From the IMG/VR virus record IMGVR_UViG_2788500088_000017: a DNA stretch of 64,000 bases; one strand, given 5' to 3'. The stretch comes from an uncultured virus (IMG/VR IMGVR_UViG_2788500088_000017). Lineage: Duplodnaviria; Heunggongvirae; Uroviricota; Caudoviricetes. A program made the position numbers and the translations under genes. Of the stretch, positions 9,916 to 21,900 are shown piece by piece; position 1 is the first letter of the stretch, and the number at the start of each line of letters is the position of its first letter. Under the pieces are notes generated by a model. That model ran no database searches. It saw only the letters and a list, made by a program, of their open reading frames with translations, and was not told where the DNA came from.

Positions 9916-11865
9916 ATGGTATCATCGGTTTACAAGGGCGACTTATCCGAAGTCACATTCGGCAAAGAATGTGGCATCACACTCGCGCATGGTTCATTCG
10001 GCGGACTACAATTTGCTGTTGATGGTAGCGACCGAAACAAGTTGAACTTTAGCGGCGCGAGCGCAGGTTTCTTTGACTCTTCAAGCAACCTACGATACCC
10101 CAAGAACATGCTCGTCGGGTCCGAATTGCGCATCATTGGCGGTGCTTCATTCAGCCTTGACGATTACGCGACGACGGGCAACACCTACACCATCGTTGCG
10201 AACGCTGGAACATCAATCACACTTGACCGCGATTTGAAAGAGGCGTTGGCTACCACTTCAAACGGAGGCGACGAATTGGTCATCCAAACCGTCGGCACGC
10301 CAACCATTGACACAAATATGACTTTTCACGCTAATGCCGTTTCTGCTGACGAGTCGGTGCTGACTGACCAGTTCATCGGTCTCGCGGCTACCGTTGCTCT
10401 TCCCGAAACGAAGGTGGAAGTGCGCCGTTCTCACATCGTCGGCGTTGGTCGCGATGTTGTCATCCAAGAACCACAGCGTTTTGCCAACGACGGCGGCTCA
10501 ATGGAACTCATGATGAACAGCGCGCGTTGGCTTTACTACTCGCTCGGTCGCGAGGTCATTGATGTTCCCAGCACGCTGATGACCGACCCCAGCGGCCACA
10601 CCAAGAAGGACATTGCCGCTGGCGACACCTATGTTGCTTTCACAGGCACGATGTCAAACAAGCCTGCTGTTGGCGACTACATCATCATCGCGGACGGCAC
10701 AGCAGTTGACTTTCCTCGTGACCAACCTGCCGCCGCCTCCGGCGCAAAATGGGGTGCGGACGGAACAGGAACCACGATGGAGAACGCCGAGCGAAACGAG
10801 ATTCGCCAAATCATCGCCATTGACGAAACGCTCACCGAGCGCAGAATCCATGTTGACGAGCCATTCCACTTCGGACACGCGCTTGGCAACTACACCATCA
10901 AGCGTTTGAAGTATGAGGCGACAAACACAACCAACGGCTCTCCGCACTTTGACACCGCATCAGCAACCTTTGGAAACATCACCAACCGACAATCGCGACT
11001 GCTCTTCTCCGGCGCATCTCTTCCTACCTTTGCTCTTGAGGCCAGCATTCGCAACCGAAATGTTGGTTCGTTCAACGCCAACGCAACGGATGCATTGGCA
11101 AACGAAGCCGCACCCGGTTCCGCATCGGACAGTAAACAACTCACGCGCGTTTGGAAAGGGTGCAAAGTGAAAGACTTCTCACTCGCGGCTGACGCAGATG
11201 CAGAAGTCAAATTGAGCATCAACTTTGACGCGCTCTACTGCTACACCGACACCGGTCGTCTTGAAGACTCTCCCAACAAAGGCGACCGCTACACCGCGCA
11301 CCGCATGTTTGAGAACACCGCGAACTCCGCAGTCAACCGCAAGAAGGCTGGCATTGCGCCAAACACCGAGAAGCCGTTCTTCTTCTACAACGGGCAAATC
11401 AGTTCGTTTGGCGTCAACATCGCGCAGGTCACCAACTTTGCCTTGAGCGGCAACAACAACACCGAAACCATCTACACGATTCGCGGCAACAGCCAAGCCG
11501 AAGACCGCAACACGGCGGGTGACTCGCTTGAGCAGATTCCCTTTGGCGGCTCGCGCAACGCAAATCTCATCATTGAGAAGACGATGGAATACGAGTTGTC
11601 CATGACGGTCATCGCGTCGGACCCGCTCATTTGGCACGAGTTCCGCACCAACCGAACGCACGACTCCACCGAACCCATCACGCTAACACTCACGAAGGCT
11701 GGCGCAGGCACNAACCGCGAGCAAGTCATCATCGTCGTTGACGATTATATTATAACCGAGGCCCCTCTGCCTATACCCGAAGACAAGGGTGTTATCAAGA
11801 GTGAATTGAAAATCATGCCAAAGCATGTGCGAGTTATTTCGCGCGATGCTTTCTTACACATGTGA
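9916..11865 (+). CDS. Major tail (tube) protein with inserted domains
   Basis: YKGDLSEVTFGKE N-terminus, GCKVKDFSL, PFFFYNG and VTNFALSGNNN resemble siphoviral tail-tube proteins; precedes chaperone and TMP. Confidence 0.7.
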   Translation: MVSSVYKGDLSEVTFGKECGITLAHGSFGGLQFAVDGSDRNKLNFSGASAGFFDSSSNLRYPKNMLVGSELRIIGGASFSLDDYATTGNTYTIVANAGTSITLDRDLKEALATTSNGGDELVIQTVGTPTIDTNMTFHANAVSADESVLTDQFIGLAATVALPETKVEVRRSHIVGVGRDVVIQEPQRFANDGGSMELMMNSARWLYYSLGREVIDVPSTLMTDPSGHTKKDIAAGDTYVAFTGTMSNKPAVGDYIIIADGTAVDFPRDQPAAASGAKWGADGTGTTMENAERNEIRQIIAIDETLTERRIHVDEPFHFGHALGNYTIKRLKYEATNTTNGSPHFDTASATFGNITNRQSRLLFSGASLPTFALEASIRNRNVGSFNANATDALANEAAPGSASDSKQLTRVWKGCKVKDFSLAADADAEVKLSINFDALYCYTDTGRLEDSPNKGDRYTAHRMFENTANSAVNRKKAGIAPNTEKPFFFYNGQISSFGVNIAQVTNFALSGNNNTETIYTIRGNSQAEDRNTAGDSLEQIPFGGSRNANLIIEKTMEYELSMTVIASDPLIWHEFRTNRTHDSTEPITLTLTKAGAGXNREQVIIVVDDYIITEAPLPIPEDKGVIKSELKIMPKHVRVISRDAFLHM

Positions 11866-11884
11866 ACAAAAGGAGAGTGAAAAT

Positions 11885-12031
11885 ATGGATATAATGAATG
11901 ATGCTTGGACTATACTGAAAGGCGAAGATTGCGATGAATGTGGCAAAAAAGGTTGTCGTTCAAAAAAATGCTGTGATAACTGCGGCAAAAGCAAGTGTGC
12001 TGAATGTATGGGTAAAGGTTCGTGTGCTTGA
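11885..12031 (+). CDS. 48-aa Cys/Lys-rich peptide with N-terminal AWTILK motif
   Basis: GGAGAG SD; MDIMNDAWTILKG then 9 Cys in about 34 aa; stop overlaps next ATG. Confidence 0.6.
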   Translation: MDIMNDAWTILKGEDCDECGKKGCRSKKCCDNCGKSKCAECMGKGSCA

Positions 12032-12462
12032 TGAAGAGCGACATGCACATTGGCGGTGAACGACCGTTGCGTATTCGCGCGGTTGATAAAGAAACTTTCA
12101 TCGCTGAACCCGAAGTCATTGACGAGGTGTTCAACCCCGAAGCCGCCAAGAGTGACGGCAATCCATTCCCCGAAGAACAACAGACGGAAGAACAGTCCGT
12201 TGAAGTTGAAGAACCCGATTACGAATCCATGACCGTTGACGAACTCAAAGCCCTGCTACGGGCGCGAGGACTGCCGGTTACTGGTGCAAAGGCGGACCTC
12301 ATTGCTCGCCTTATGGAAGCCGATACCCCCTCATCCGAGGCAGTTGAAGTGAACGAAGCCGCTCCTTCCGAAGAAGCCGCGGCAAGCGACGAGGGAGTAA
12401 GTGAGAACGATGACGAAAATAGCGGAAGCGAGCCGCCTGTTGGTGAACTCAACGGCGACTGA
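12031..12462 (+). CDS. Acidic protein with SAP DNA-binding domain
   Basis: YESMTVDELKALLRARGLPVTGAKADLIARL matches the SAP consensus. Confidence 0.75.
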   Translation: MKSDMHIGGERPLRIRAVDKETFIAEPEVIDEVFNPEAAKSDGNPFPEEQQTEEQSVEVEEPDYESMTVDELKALLRARGLPVTGAKADLIARLMEADTPSSEAVEVNEAAPSEEAAASDEGVSENDDENSGSEPPVGELNGD

Positions 12463-12772
12463 ACACGAGATACGAGCAGACGAACAAGATGACGATTTGG
12501 TCGTCAAGGTGTGGGTGAAGGAACTCTCCTTCATGCAACTCCAACAAGCCATCAAGTCCTTCGTGACTTTGAGTGCTGATGGTGGGGTTGACATTGACCT
12601 TGCGGCCTACTGGAAATACATGTTCGCCGAGGCGATTGAAAAGACTGAGCCGCGTCTCACCATTCCGCAGATGTTGTCATTGCGACCATTTATCGCGAAT
12701 CAAATTATCGCGTTGCTACCGCAACCGCAGGACTTGATGGCTGACCCTTTAGCGGATGGGGCGACCGAATAG
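12401..12772 (+). CDS. Tail assembly chaperone (lambda gpG-like)
   Basis: Between tail tube and TMP; ends shortly after a slippery heptamer. Confidence 0.7.
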   Translation: MRTMTKIAEASRLLVNSTATEHEIRADEQDDDLVVKVWVKELSFMQLQQAIKSFVTLSADGGVDIDLAAYWKYMFAEAIEKTEPRLTIPQMLSLRPFIANQIIALLPQPQDLMADPLADGATE

Positions 12773-13038
12773 AGGATGCCTATCAATTCCTCAAAAAGCC
12801 GTCCGCAGACCTTGAGAAAGGCTTTGACGCGGCGGCATATTTTGTCGCCAAGCACTACGGATTGAGCATGCAAGAGGTATGGGACATGAGCAAAGACGCG
12901 TTTGAAAAATCATTCATTTGGGCAAACGCGGCGGAGCGTATCAAAGCCGACGAAATGCAGAAGGCGACCGATGGAGCAAAGAACAAGACACGCGTAGCGT
13001 CAACACACGGCGCGATGCCGTTTAGCGAGGGTTGGTGA
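12745..13038 (+). CDS. -1 frameshift extension of tail chaperone (gpGT-like)
   Basis: C CCT TTA at 12745-12751; -1 frame opens right after TGA 12742-44 and runs 97 codons to TGA 13036-38. Confidence 0.75.
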   Translation, partial: PFSGWGDRIEDAYQFLKKPSADLEKGFDAAAYFVAKHYGLSMQEVWDMSKDAFEKSFIWANAAERIKADEMQKATDGAKNKTRVASTHGAMPFSEGW

Positions 13039-13040
13039 AC

Positions 13041-14750
13041 ATGGCAGAAGACCTTGACGAAGTCAACAAACGCTTGGAAACCATTGAGTTAGTTCTTGAG
13101 CGAACTGCTCAAACATCACTCAACGCGTCAAAGCGGATGGGGCTTTTTGAGAAGCAAGTTGGGAAGTTGAAAGTAGCAATAAAAAACCATCCCATCAAGG
13201 GTATGTTTGATACTTTCAAAGGCTACGCGAAAGCCCTTAGCAATGTGACTAAGGTAACGGGCCAGCACAGCACGATGGATGAAGCGTCGTATCAAAAGAC
13301 CAAGAAGAAAATGACCGTCATGCAGAAGTTGACCGCGGGGATGATTTACTTCGGTTCAATCTCCAAGTTGAATAACAAAATCATGAATAACTCCAACAAC
13401 ATTCTCACTCGCTTTGCCACGAAATTGTTCGCGTTGTTAAGCGTCTTCCTCATCATCGGCTTTGCGCTTGCTACGCTCTCCATTGCTTTTGAGGGTGCGA
13501 ACAGTCCTATTCTTGACATGACAAAAGACCTCGGTCCATTACACGACGCGATGCAAGGGTTGCTGTTGGTCATAACAGGTGAAGGAGACGAAGGTGGATT
13601 GGCAACAGGTTTTGACATACTGGCCGCGGCCATGCTCGCGGCAGGTGCGGCTTCGCTTGTCGCTGGTGGAAAGTTCGCTCTCTTGACGGGTGGTCTCGTG
13701 CTGGCAGTTGGTGCCGCGCGCATGTTCAAAAACGAATTTGACAACAAGGTCGGTGCTATACTCCTCGGCATAGGCACATTCATGACTTTCATTGGAACAG
13801 TTATGATATTGAAAACCGTCTTCACGGCTCTTGCCGCAGGCACTACCATTGCATTGAAAGGAACGCTGGGCGTTGTTCTTGCAGGCTTTGGCTTCATCAT
13901 TGGTGGCGTAGGTGCGCTGGTTGCTTACATGATGGGCGCGGGTTCGGGCTTCAAGGGATTCTTGCTCGGACTGTTGGGTGCCATCGCGGTCGGCGTCGGT
14001 CTGTTCATGGTGGGAGTGGCAGGGACAATCGCCGCGCCTATCGCGGCTGGCGCGCTTCTTGTTGCGACCATTGTTCGCTATCGGAAACAAATTGCTGAAC
14101 TTATCGTTCGCTTCCTCGGTGGGGTTAAAACAAAGGGAATAGCGTTCGTTGGAGGAGTGAAGGATGGCATAATCGCCCTTGGAGCAATGGTGGTGAACCT
14201 CATTAGAGGCATAATCAAACTCGTCGTTATGCTTATCAAAGGTGTCATCGCGCTCATCGTTGGAGCATTCCGACTTATGTTCAAAGGACTCATGGCAATG
14301 GGTAAGGGCTTCGTCTTCCTCTTCATCAAGTTGCCTGCAACGATGGTTAAAGGTTTTATGAGCGCGCTAAAGGCTGGCATCAATCTAATTTTTGGCGTCT
14401 ACAATACCTTCGCGCGCAACTTCTCCTTTAAAATTCCCAAAGTCGTGCCGAAAATTGGCGGACAAACCATCAAGTTGCCAAACATACCAAAGTTGGCAGA
14501 AGGTGGTATCGTCACAGGTCCGACGCTCGCGATGATTGGCGATAACGCTTCCGGCAAAGAGGCTGTCATCCCGTTGGAAAAAGCGGGTCAAATGGGCTTC
14601 GGTGGCGGCGACATCACCGTCAACATCAATGTGAGCGGCGTCACAGACCGCATGGACAAGCGCGCGTTGGCTGTTGAGATTGGCGATATGATTCGCGATG
14701 AAATGTCGCGTTCTCTACGCTCTCACGGAAACAGGAGGTCGGGCGTTTGA
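13041..14750 (+). CDS. Tape measure protein
   Basis: Helical N-terminus, long Gly/Ala hydrophobic segments, C-terminal LAEGGIVTGPTLAMIG...EAVIPL motif. Confidence 0.8.
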   Translation: MAEDLDEVNKRLETIELVLERTAQTSLNASKRMGLFEKQVGKLKVAIKNHPIKGMFDTFKGYAKALSNVTKVTGQHSTMDEASYQKTKKKMTVMQKLTAGMIYFGSISKLNNKIMNNSNNILTRFATKLFALLSVFLIIGFALATLSIAFEGANSPILDMTKDLGPLHDAMQGLLLVITGEGDEGGLATGFDILAAAMLAAGAASLVAGGKFALLTGGLVLAVGAARMFKNEFDNKVGAILLGIGTFMTFIGTVMILKTVFTALAAGTTIALKGTLGVVLAGFGFIIGGVGALVAYMMGAGSGFKGFLLGLLGAIAVGVGLFMVGVAGTIAAPIAAGALLVATIVRYRKQIAELIVRFLGGVKTKGIAFVGGVKDGIIALGAMVVNLIRGIIKLVVMLIKGVIALIVGAFRLMFKGLMAMGKGFVFLFIKLPATMVKGFMSALKAGINLIFGVYNTFARNFSFKIPKVVPKIGGQTIKLPNIPKLAEGGIVTGPTLAMIGDNASGKEAVIPLEKAGQMGFGGGDITVNINVSGVTDRMDKRALAVEIGDMIRDEMSRSLRSHGNRRSGV

Positions 14751-15916
14751 CGAAAATACGATTGATTCGCAACGACGGCGGCGTGCTGACTTTGGACTCA
14801 ACGGGCTACTCAATGAACATCACGAGAAGTCTGCCTGTCATTCCCGTGCCTTTGCTCGGCGAGCGATACGGTGTAGACTTGAACATGGTGTCAGCGGACT
14901 TCAAAATTGATGTCATCCTCGCTGACGACGACTGCTCGGCGGCGACATTCCAAGAGTCGGCGGCATCAGCAACCATTGACTTTAGCGCGACGAGGAACAC
15001 GGAAAGCGGAGACTACTCGGCTTACATGAGCGGTGGTGGCACCGTGTCAGCCGCAGATTTGAACGGGAAGTTCTTTGAGTTGCACTCCGCTTTCACGGGC
15101 GAGTCTGTTGAGCGTCCTCCCGTGCGCATCACCTTTGACAGTAGCACAGCGTCGCACACCGCGACTAACACTCCGTCCACCGTAACCGTTGGTATTCAAG
15201 GTATCACGACGGACGACGCGCTGGCATCAGCCGTGAAGACTGCATGCGAAGCCGCGTCGTTTACGCAACAGTTGACGACTGGCGGTGGTTCGGGCAACTC
15301 GTTCAGTAGCGCGTTTACCATCACGGTGAGCAACGGTGAAAAGACAAACAACGCGAAGTTGACCTTCACGCAAACAGAAGCAGGGGCCAAGGGCAACACC
15401 GAAACGCCCACCTTTGACAAAACCTTCAACGCGATTATCCCACTCTTTGAATCGTTTGCTGGTGGAACAGACCGAAGTTGCAAAAGCGCGGGAGATAAAT
15501 TGCAGGACCTCATCGGTTTCATCGGCAACGCGAGTCTTCTTGGAGAATCGGGAAGCGTATTCAAGAACAGGGCTGACCCCAAAGGGTTGTTAGAGACCGA
15601 CATATCATTCAGCACCACGCAAACGGCAGACTACATCATCGGTTTGCAACTACCTTACAACTCAATAGTGACGAGCAGTAGTGCGAACAACGACTATGTA
15701 GAGAGAAATTTTGTTATCATCACGGGCAGAACAGACGCGATTCAGCAAGGTTCGGAAGCAAATACGCTCTCAGTCTCTACTGTATTTGAAGACAGCGACC
15801 CTTACACCGGCATTCACGGAACGGTGACAGCAATGTCTTTCAACTTCCGCGCGGGTGAGAACATCTACGAGGGTTCACTCACTTTCTATCCGATTGATTT
15901 CATCGTAGGTGCATGA
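14747..15916 (+). CDS. Putative distal tail protein with insertion
   Basis: Immediately follows TMP; Ser/Thr-rich beta insertion. Confidence 0.5.
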   Translation: MTKIRLIRNDGGVLTLDSTGYSMNITRSLPVIPVPLLGERYGVDLNMVSADFKIDVILADDDCSAATFQESAASATIDFSATRNTESGDYSAYMSGGGTVSAADLNGKFFELHSAFTGESVERPPVRITFDSSTASHTATNTPSTVTVGIQGITTDDALASAVKTACEAASFTQQLTTGGGSGNSFSSAFTITVSNGEKTNNAKLTFTQTEAGAKGNTETPTFDKTFNAIIPLFESFAGGTDRSCKSAGDKLQDLIGFIGNASLLGESGSVFKNRADPKGLLETDISFSTTQTADYIIGLQLPYNSIVTSSSANNDYVERNFVIITGRTDAIQQGSEANTLSVSTVFEDSDPYTGIHGTVTAMSFNFRAGENIYEGSLTFYPIDFIVGA

Positions 15917-15917
15917 G

Positions 15918-18900
15918 ATGGCAGTTATCGGACAAACCAGCCACGCGTTGTTTTTCAACGGCGTGAGCGACAGCGTGGTTTGTCCTCAAGGTGGATTCAC
16001 ACAAACAGGTCAAAAGCGAATGCTAAACGATAGCGAAGCGCGCTCTTCTGCTTCTGTTCTGCAAGATGGTGATAGCCACCGGTTAGCAAAGAGCAAGAAC
16101 CAGTCGCTCAACCAATTCTGCATAGAGGCTTGGGTTTCGCCCGACGCTGGCGGTATCATCGCCAGCAAAGACGGATTGTTTGAACTGCGCATGGGTTCGG
16201 TCAATCAGCCTGCTCCTGCCTCTTTCACCGTGACCATGTCCAACGGCGTTTCAATGGTCGCGCGAAGCGTCAACAACTACCCAACAGCGGCAGGTTCCTT
16301 CGTCGCGAACAATGTAGGATTCAACATAGGACAGCGCGAGTTGTATCACATCTCCGGTGAGTTCACCGGTCTTCAAGTCAAGTTGTATATCAACGGCGAG
16401 TTGATTGCCTCGCGAACAATGAATCAACGCAATGCCTGCACCATGAACGACCAAGACCTTTACCTTGGAGGTAAAGGTGGGGAATACCGCGGCTACATTG
16501 AGTCTGTTCATTGGCGAACCGACATTGACAACAACCGCGCAAAACCATTTGTTGTAACCAACAGCACGCTTGGATTATGGCGATTTGAAGAGCCGGTCTC
16601 GGTGGATGCCACGACATTCAACATCACCTCAAATGTTGCCGCTGGCGACACAACGATAACCATCGGAGCCACCGCTTGTCAAACGCTTTACGAAACGGTG
16701 AGCGGCAAGTCGGATACGCTTTCAACCAACTACACGCTGGAAAGCCTTGGCAATTATCGCGTTGCCAACGCCGCGCATAGCGGGGGAGCGCAAGTTATCA
16801 GCGTAGCCCACACACCGTTCAATCTACTCATCAACCCCACAGCAACCGACACCATGAGTGCTATTGCTAACAATTCACCACCCGAACGAATTCGGTTGAA
16901 ACAAATCAACACCAACGGCACCATTACGGTTGAAAGCATTCACCTTGATTTTAACGCCACAGCAGACACAGGTTCGCGCGGCGTTCTACATTCAAGAACA
17001 GCGTTCAACAGCACCAACAACCTCGCGAACGATTCAACGATGGTTCTCATTCGTTCCGACTTGCTGATTGACAGCGAGACTGGCAAACCACATCAACGCC
17101 TTGGCACAGGAAGTCAAGCAATTGACCGAACAGGAGCGATGGTGATTGACGAAAGCCGACACGAATTTCATGGCTTCATGTATTCACGAACGCTGGCTGT
17201 CAACACAAACAACTTTGCTCCCGCGTCATGGACAATTGACGAGCGATTTAAGAGCGGCCACACCGGAAGGCATTGTTTCAATCACTTGGTTGGTCATCCC
17301 TATTTGCGCATGCTTCCACCAATCCACGAACAGGAAGTATCGCGAACGATTGACGGAGTTGCAGATTCCGCGTTTGTCATGTTTGCGGCGTCGTATGTTG
17401 GACTGAAAGACCAACTACCTATCAACAGCAAAGTTGCTGTCACCCACACCGCATTCAACGGTCGCATTATGCGTGTAGACACATCGGCTAAGACAAACGG
17501 CCTTGCAAGAAACGGCCTTGCTTCGCTTGATGCTCACGAAGACGGTGTCATTGCCATTTCCGTTGATGACATTCGTCCTTTCTTGCTCAAAGGTGGTGGT
17601 CTTGGGACGGTGTCAACATCCGATAGCGCGTATCTCAAACACCTTACACCCGAAACAGAATCGCGTGTGGCTCTCCTTGAAGTGTCGGGATTGACTGCTG
17701 GGTATGTTGAAATCCACTATAATGCCGTTGACCTCACCGGCGGTAAAATGGGATTGAGCAACCCTGCTTTGCTCATCACCAAGACTGTCCCCGATGGAGG
17801 ATGCTTGCTTGATGGGAAGCGAGTTGCCGCGCACATTGCTGACGCTGTTGGTGCAGGAGCAACTATCCACGCTCCCGGTGGAGTTATCTACGCTTTTTCC
17901 GAAGACATCGGAAACGCGCGAGTAGCCATGCAACCTCACCACCTTGTCGGAGACAACACAGGCGGTATTGAATACGAAGAGCAGTTGGACGAATCCAAAA
18001 TACCCAGCAACTACACGCCGTCTGCCAGCGGTGATAGCCCCCGCGCTCCACCCCAAGGTGTTGGCACAACTACGCATCCTTCTTCGTATCATCACATTCA
18101 TTTGCAACCGCGCAAACGGTCGCAAAGCGACCCACCCGCTAACGAGTCGCCGTCTCACTATCAAGAAAGCAAACATTTCGCTTCGCAAAAGGGCGGCGCG
18201 TTTGAAATGTTTGATGTCATAGATAACGACAAAGACGGTGCAGAATACTTCTTCGTAGTGCAACCCAGCAAACGCGAGCGAACAATGCAACTGTCTCGCG
18301 TCACGCCTGCTACAAGCGATGCGGAAGACCCCACTTATTTTACGCTGGAATACATCCAAACCAAGGTGCGCATCAACTCCATGAATGTTAACGACGGTGC
18401 GATGGGGCGTCAACTCATCATGCAAGGCCGAGGTATCATGGCAGATGTTGCGGACCAAACGGTGCCTTACAATGGCGACGGTAGTCCCGACTCGCACATT
18501 GTCAAAGAGATACAACCGGGCGCGCCTGTTGTATCCGTCACTCTTGGCGGTGCTGGTCAAGGTGCTGTCAACACAAAACCCACTTGGGACCCCGCATCCT
18601 TATCGCGCGTTGGTTGGAACACCCGTCATGACGCAAGCGTTGAAATCACGGACATCAACACAACAACGCGAGTCATTACCGTTCAGCCAATCAACAACAA
18701 TTCGTCGTCGCTCTCATCATGGGGAACATACGGCTTTCCCGCAAGCGGCACACTCTACTTTACGAATGGTGCCAGCGTTGGTTATGTGAGCAGAACTGGA
18801 ACCGCGTTTACTTGCACAACGGCAACCAATCAACTTCTCTCACCAAACGGTCGCACATCTCAAACATTTGCAGAATGGGTGACCGCATCGCAAGTGGGCG

Positions 18901-21900
18901 TCGGAGCAGTTGTTCTACTTGATGACAAGTTCAACGCTTCGTCAATATGCGCTGACGGAACAACCGTCAACGACCGTTTGTTCCAGTCCATCGGTTCGGT
19001 TCAGCACGACTATCAACTCGGAACACAATATGCCAGCACACGCGCGCTTGTTGAAATTCCGCTGTTCCCACAACAATTTTTTGAAGACCGAGAAGCAGGT
19101 GTGTTTCCCGGTCCCGACAACAGCATGAAGTTGCACCTTGACGCAACAATGACGGCCCACGCGTGGAATCCTTCACCTGTTGGGCGTCGTGCGCCAAACA
19201 GCCCTGCTAACGACTATGAAGCGTTTGGACAGTATCAGTATCGTTTTAGCAACAATTTACCTATTCGCGCGAATGTGCAACGCTACGACAGGCAGGGTAG
19301 CAACGCACACCTTTACTTGAATAATCTATCAAGTGCGCATCGCATACCTTCTTCCCACCCAATAGCGGCAGGAATCGTCAAGGGCGTTAGCACGCAACAA
19401 TACCGACGCGTTGTTCTTGGGAATGGAGAGTGGGCTTATTACACCGACGCTGGCGGGACACGACTTGACCTTAGCACAGAAGAGGGACATTCAAGCAAAG
19501 ACTTCTTTTCTACGGTTACGGTAGGCTCTTCGGTCTTTGTAGGTGTATTGAACGATGGAACAAATTTTCCGATGACTGGCGATGACGATTACAAATCATC
19601 AGCGCAAGAATACCGACGACCATTCTACTACGACCGCGCAAGTGTAATGACGCAAGGTGGTAACCTTGATTACGGCCTTCGTCAATACGCGAGCGCAGTT
19701 GAATTCAAAGCAGGGCCGCTTGTCAACCCTCACCTTCCACGCATTGAATCGCGCAATGCAAAGTTGTTTACTATCAAACACCTCTCAGCCTCTCCCGCGC
19801 AAACATTTATCGTCAAGGGCAACCTGCCAACCGGCAAATTGCCAACTGGATATTCTTTCGCAGTTATTAACGAATCTACCGGACGCTATTACAAAACAAC
19901 AATTTCTTCGTCTTCGTTTGCAACTCTTCTGTCAGCGTTTGAAGAAAATCTACACACGGTGCGAATTGAACCTCATCCTGTTCTTGACAGTAGCGCACCT
20001 GCTCTCAGCATAGCAGACACGGAAATACTTACCATTGTTGGAATTTACGCGGATGCCGCTACCACTTTACCCTTGAAGCAAGAAGACGGCATAGCGAATT
20101 CTACATGGAACAACCCTTACTGTCCGGGTGGTTTGCGCTACGGAGACACCGTTTGGATGAACATGCATTACACCAATCCGCACGCAATTGAAGGAATGTT
20201 TTGTAAATCGCGGGGTGTTCTTAACGAATACGAGGTGTGGAGTGGTTTCAATGGCGGCAAGGGTGCATTGGGAGTTGAAGCGCGCGACTCTCTCCCTGTT
20301 GAAAACTTCCTTATTGGCAATACTTGTCTTGAGACTGCTCGCAACTTTGTTCAGCATGTGAACAAAACCATTGAACTCAATTGGACTGAACTTGGATACC
20401 AAACAGACCCCGACCAAGCAGACTACAACGCACCACCTGTTGTAGCCTTTCTTGACCCCTACCTTAGCACAGAAACACACGCGCGGGTTTTGCTTTACGA
20501 TGTCGCGCACGACCGTGAGTTTATCGCGTTCCACGACTTGCACATGCAGGTTCAAACAAGTGCCGCTACACCAACCATTGAAGGGCTTGATGTTGCGGCT
20601 GGCTTCAAAACGCAACGCAAAGACAAGGCTACCACATCAAGCACAGACGCTCAAAGTATCAACAGCGTTACCTACAACCTCATCAAAGAAGAAGGCAAGT
20701 CGCGCTTTGTTGAGGGCGCATACGCTCACGGTTCTTGGTGGTTGATGGACCAATCGTTCATGACCACATCGGGTATCGCCTCTTTTGATTTCAACCGCAA
20801 AGCGCGCAAAACAGAACACCTCATTAAGTTCGGCGAAGAAACATCACAATTTGGACAAGGGCGTGTTGAACAGTCTACGGTGTCGTTGAGCGCGGCTCAA
20901 CTACGACATGCAGAAACAATGGACCTCACGGCTTCATCAGCGGTAATTGCAGGAAGTCGCGGTGCTTATCAATTCAGCGCAACTTTCTTTGATACGCCCG
21001 ATGGCACGCGAGTTATTTCGGCTTTCTTGTGCATGAAAGGAAAGCGTGCAGTTGCTAATTCGCTCACCTCCCATTACGAGTCTCGTCTACAACATCTGCC
21101 TCATTGGAGCGATATGGACTTTGTTCGCAGACTTACAGTTGACATGGGTGAAATTGGACTGCGTGAAGGTGTGACTGACATTGAAGCGGCGGCTCGCGAA
21201 GTTGTTCGTATTATCAATCAAGGTGGCGCGCTCAACGGACGAAGCAGTCAACGCCGTCCATCCGACCAATACGCAGGAGAAGGCGAACGCTTTGACATCA
21301 ACCGTCGTTCTATATCTGTTGGTGGTGTTGATACAGAGGAACCAACCGATGCAACAGCCGCGCATCAACATGCGGACTTTGCCGTGACTGGTTCAACACA
21401 CGACCCCGCACCGTTTTGGACTGACAATGCTTTCACATCTTTTGACCGCGGAACGCACATGGGTTATGTTCGCGCGCATTTAGGGCGTGTTGTTGAAGAC
21501 GCAAACGGAAACGAAGGTTTCAGCATCGTAATTCACAGCACCGTTCCGGGTGCAACAGGACGCAACTTTTGTGTGTGGTTAGACAACAGCAAAGGACAAG
21601 TAGAATACAAACCACAATTCCTCATCGGACACGGTGGTCGTTTCCGCAATTTTTACTGCGCACCACCCGAAATTGCAGGAGAAAACATGCACCCTGCGCC
21701 GATGCCGATTGACAAGAATGGTAAACCATTTGCGCCAATCACAACGCTTCGCGAATATGTTTCACTTGAGGACGCTTCGGATGAATTTTTTACAAATCTA
21801 TACCTTGGCGATGCTGACAATTTTAACACGAGTGTTGGAACAGAGCAGACGCCCAACACCGGAGCAACAACAGGACGCTCTTCAAACACAGGCGCAATGG

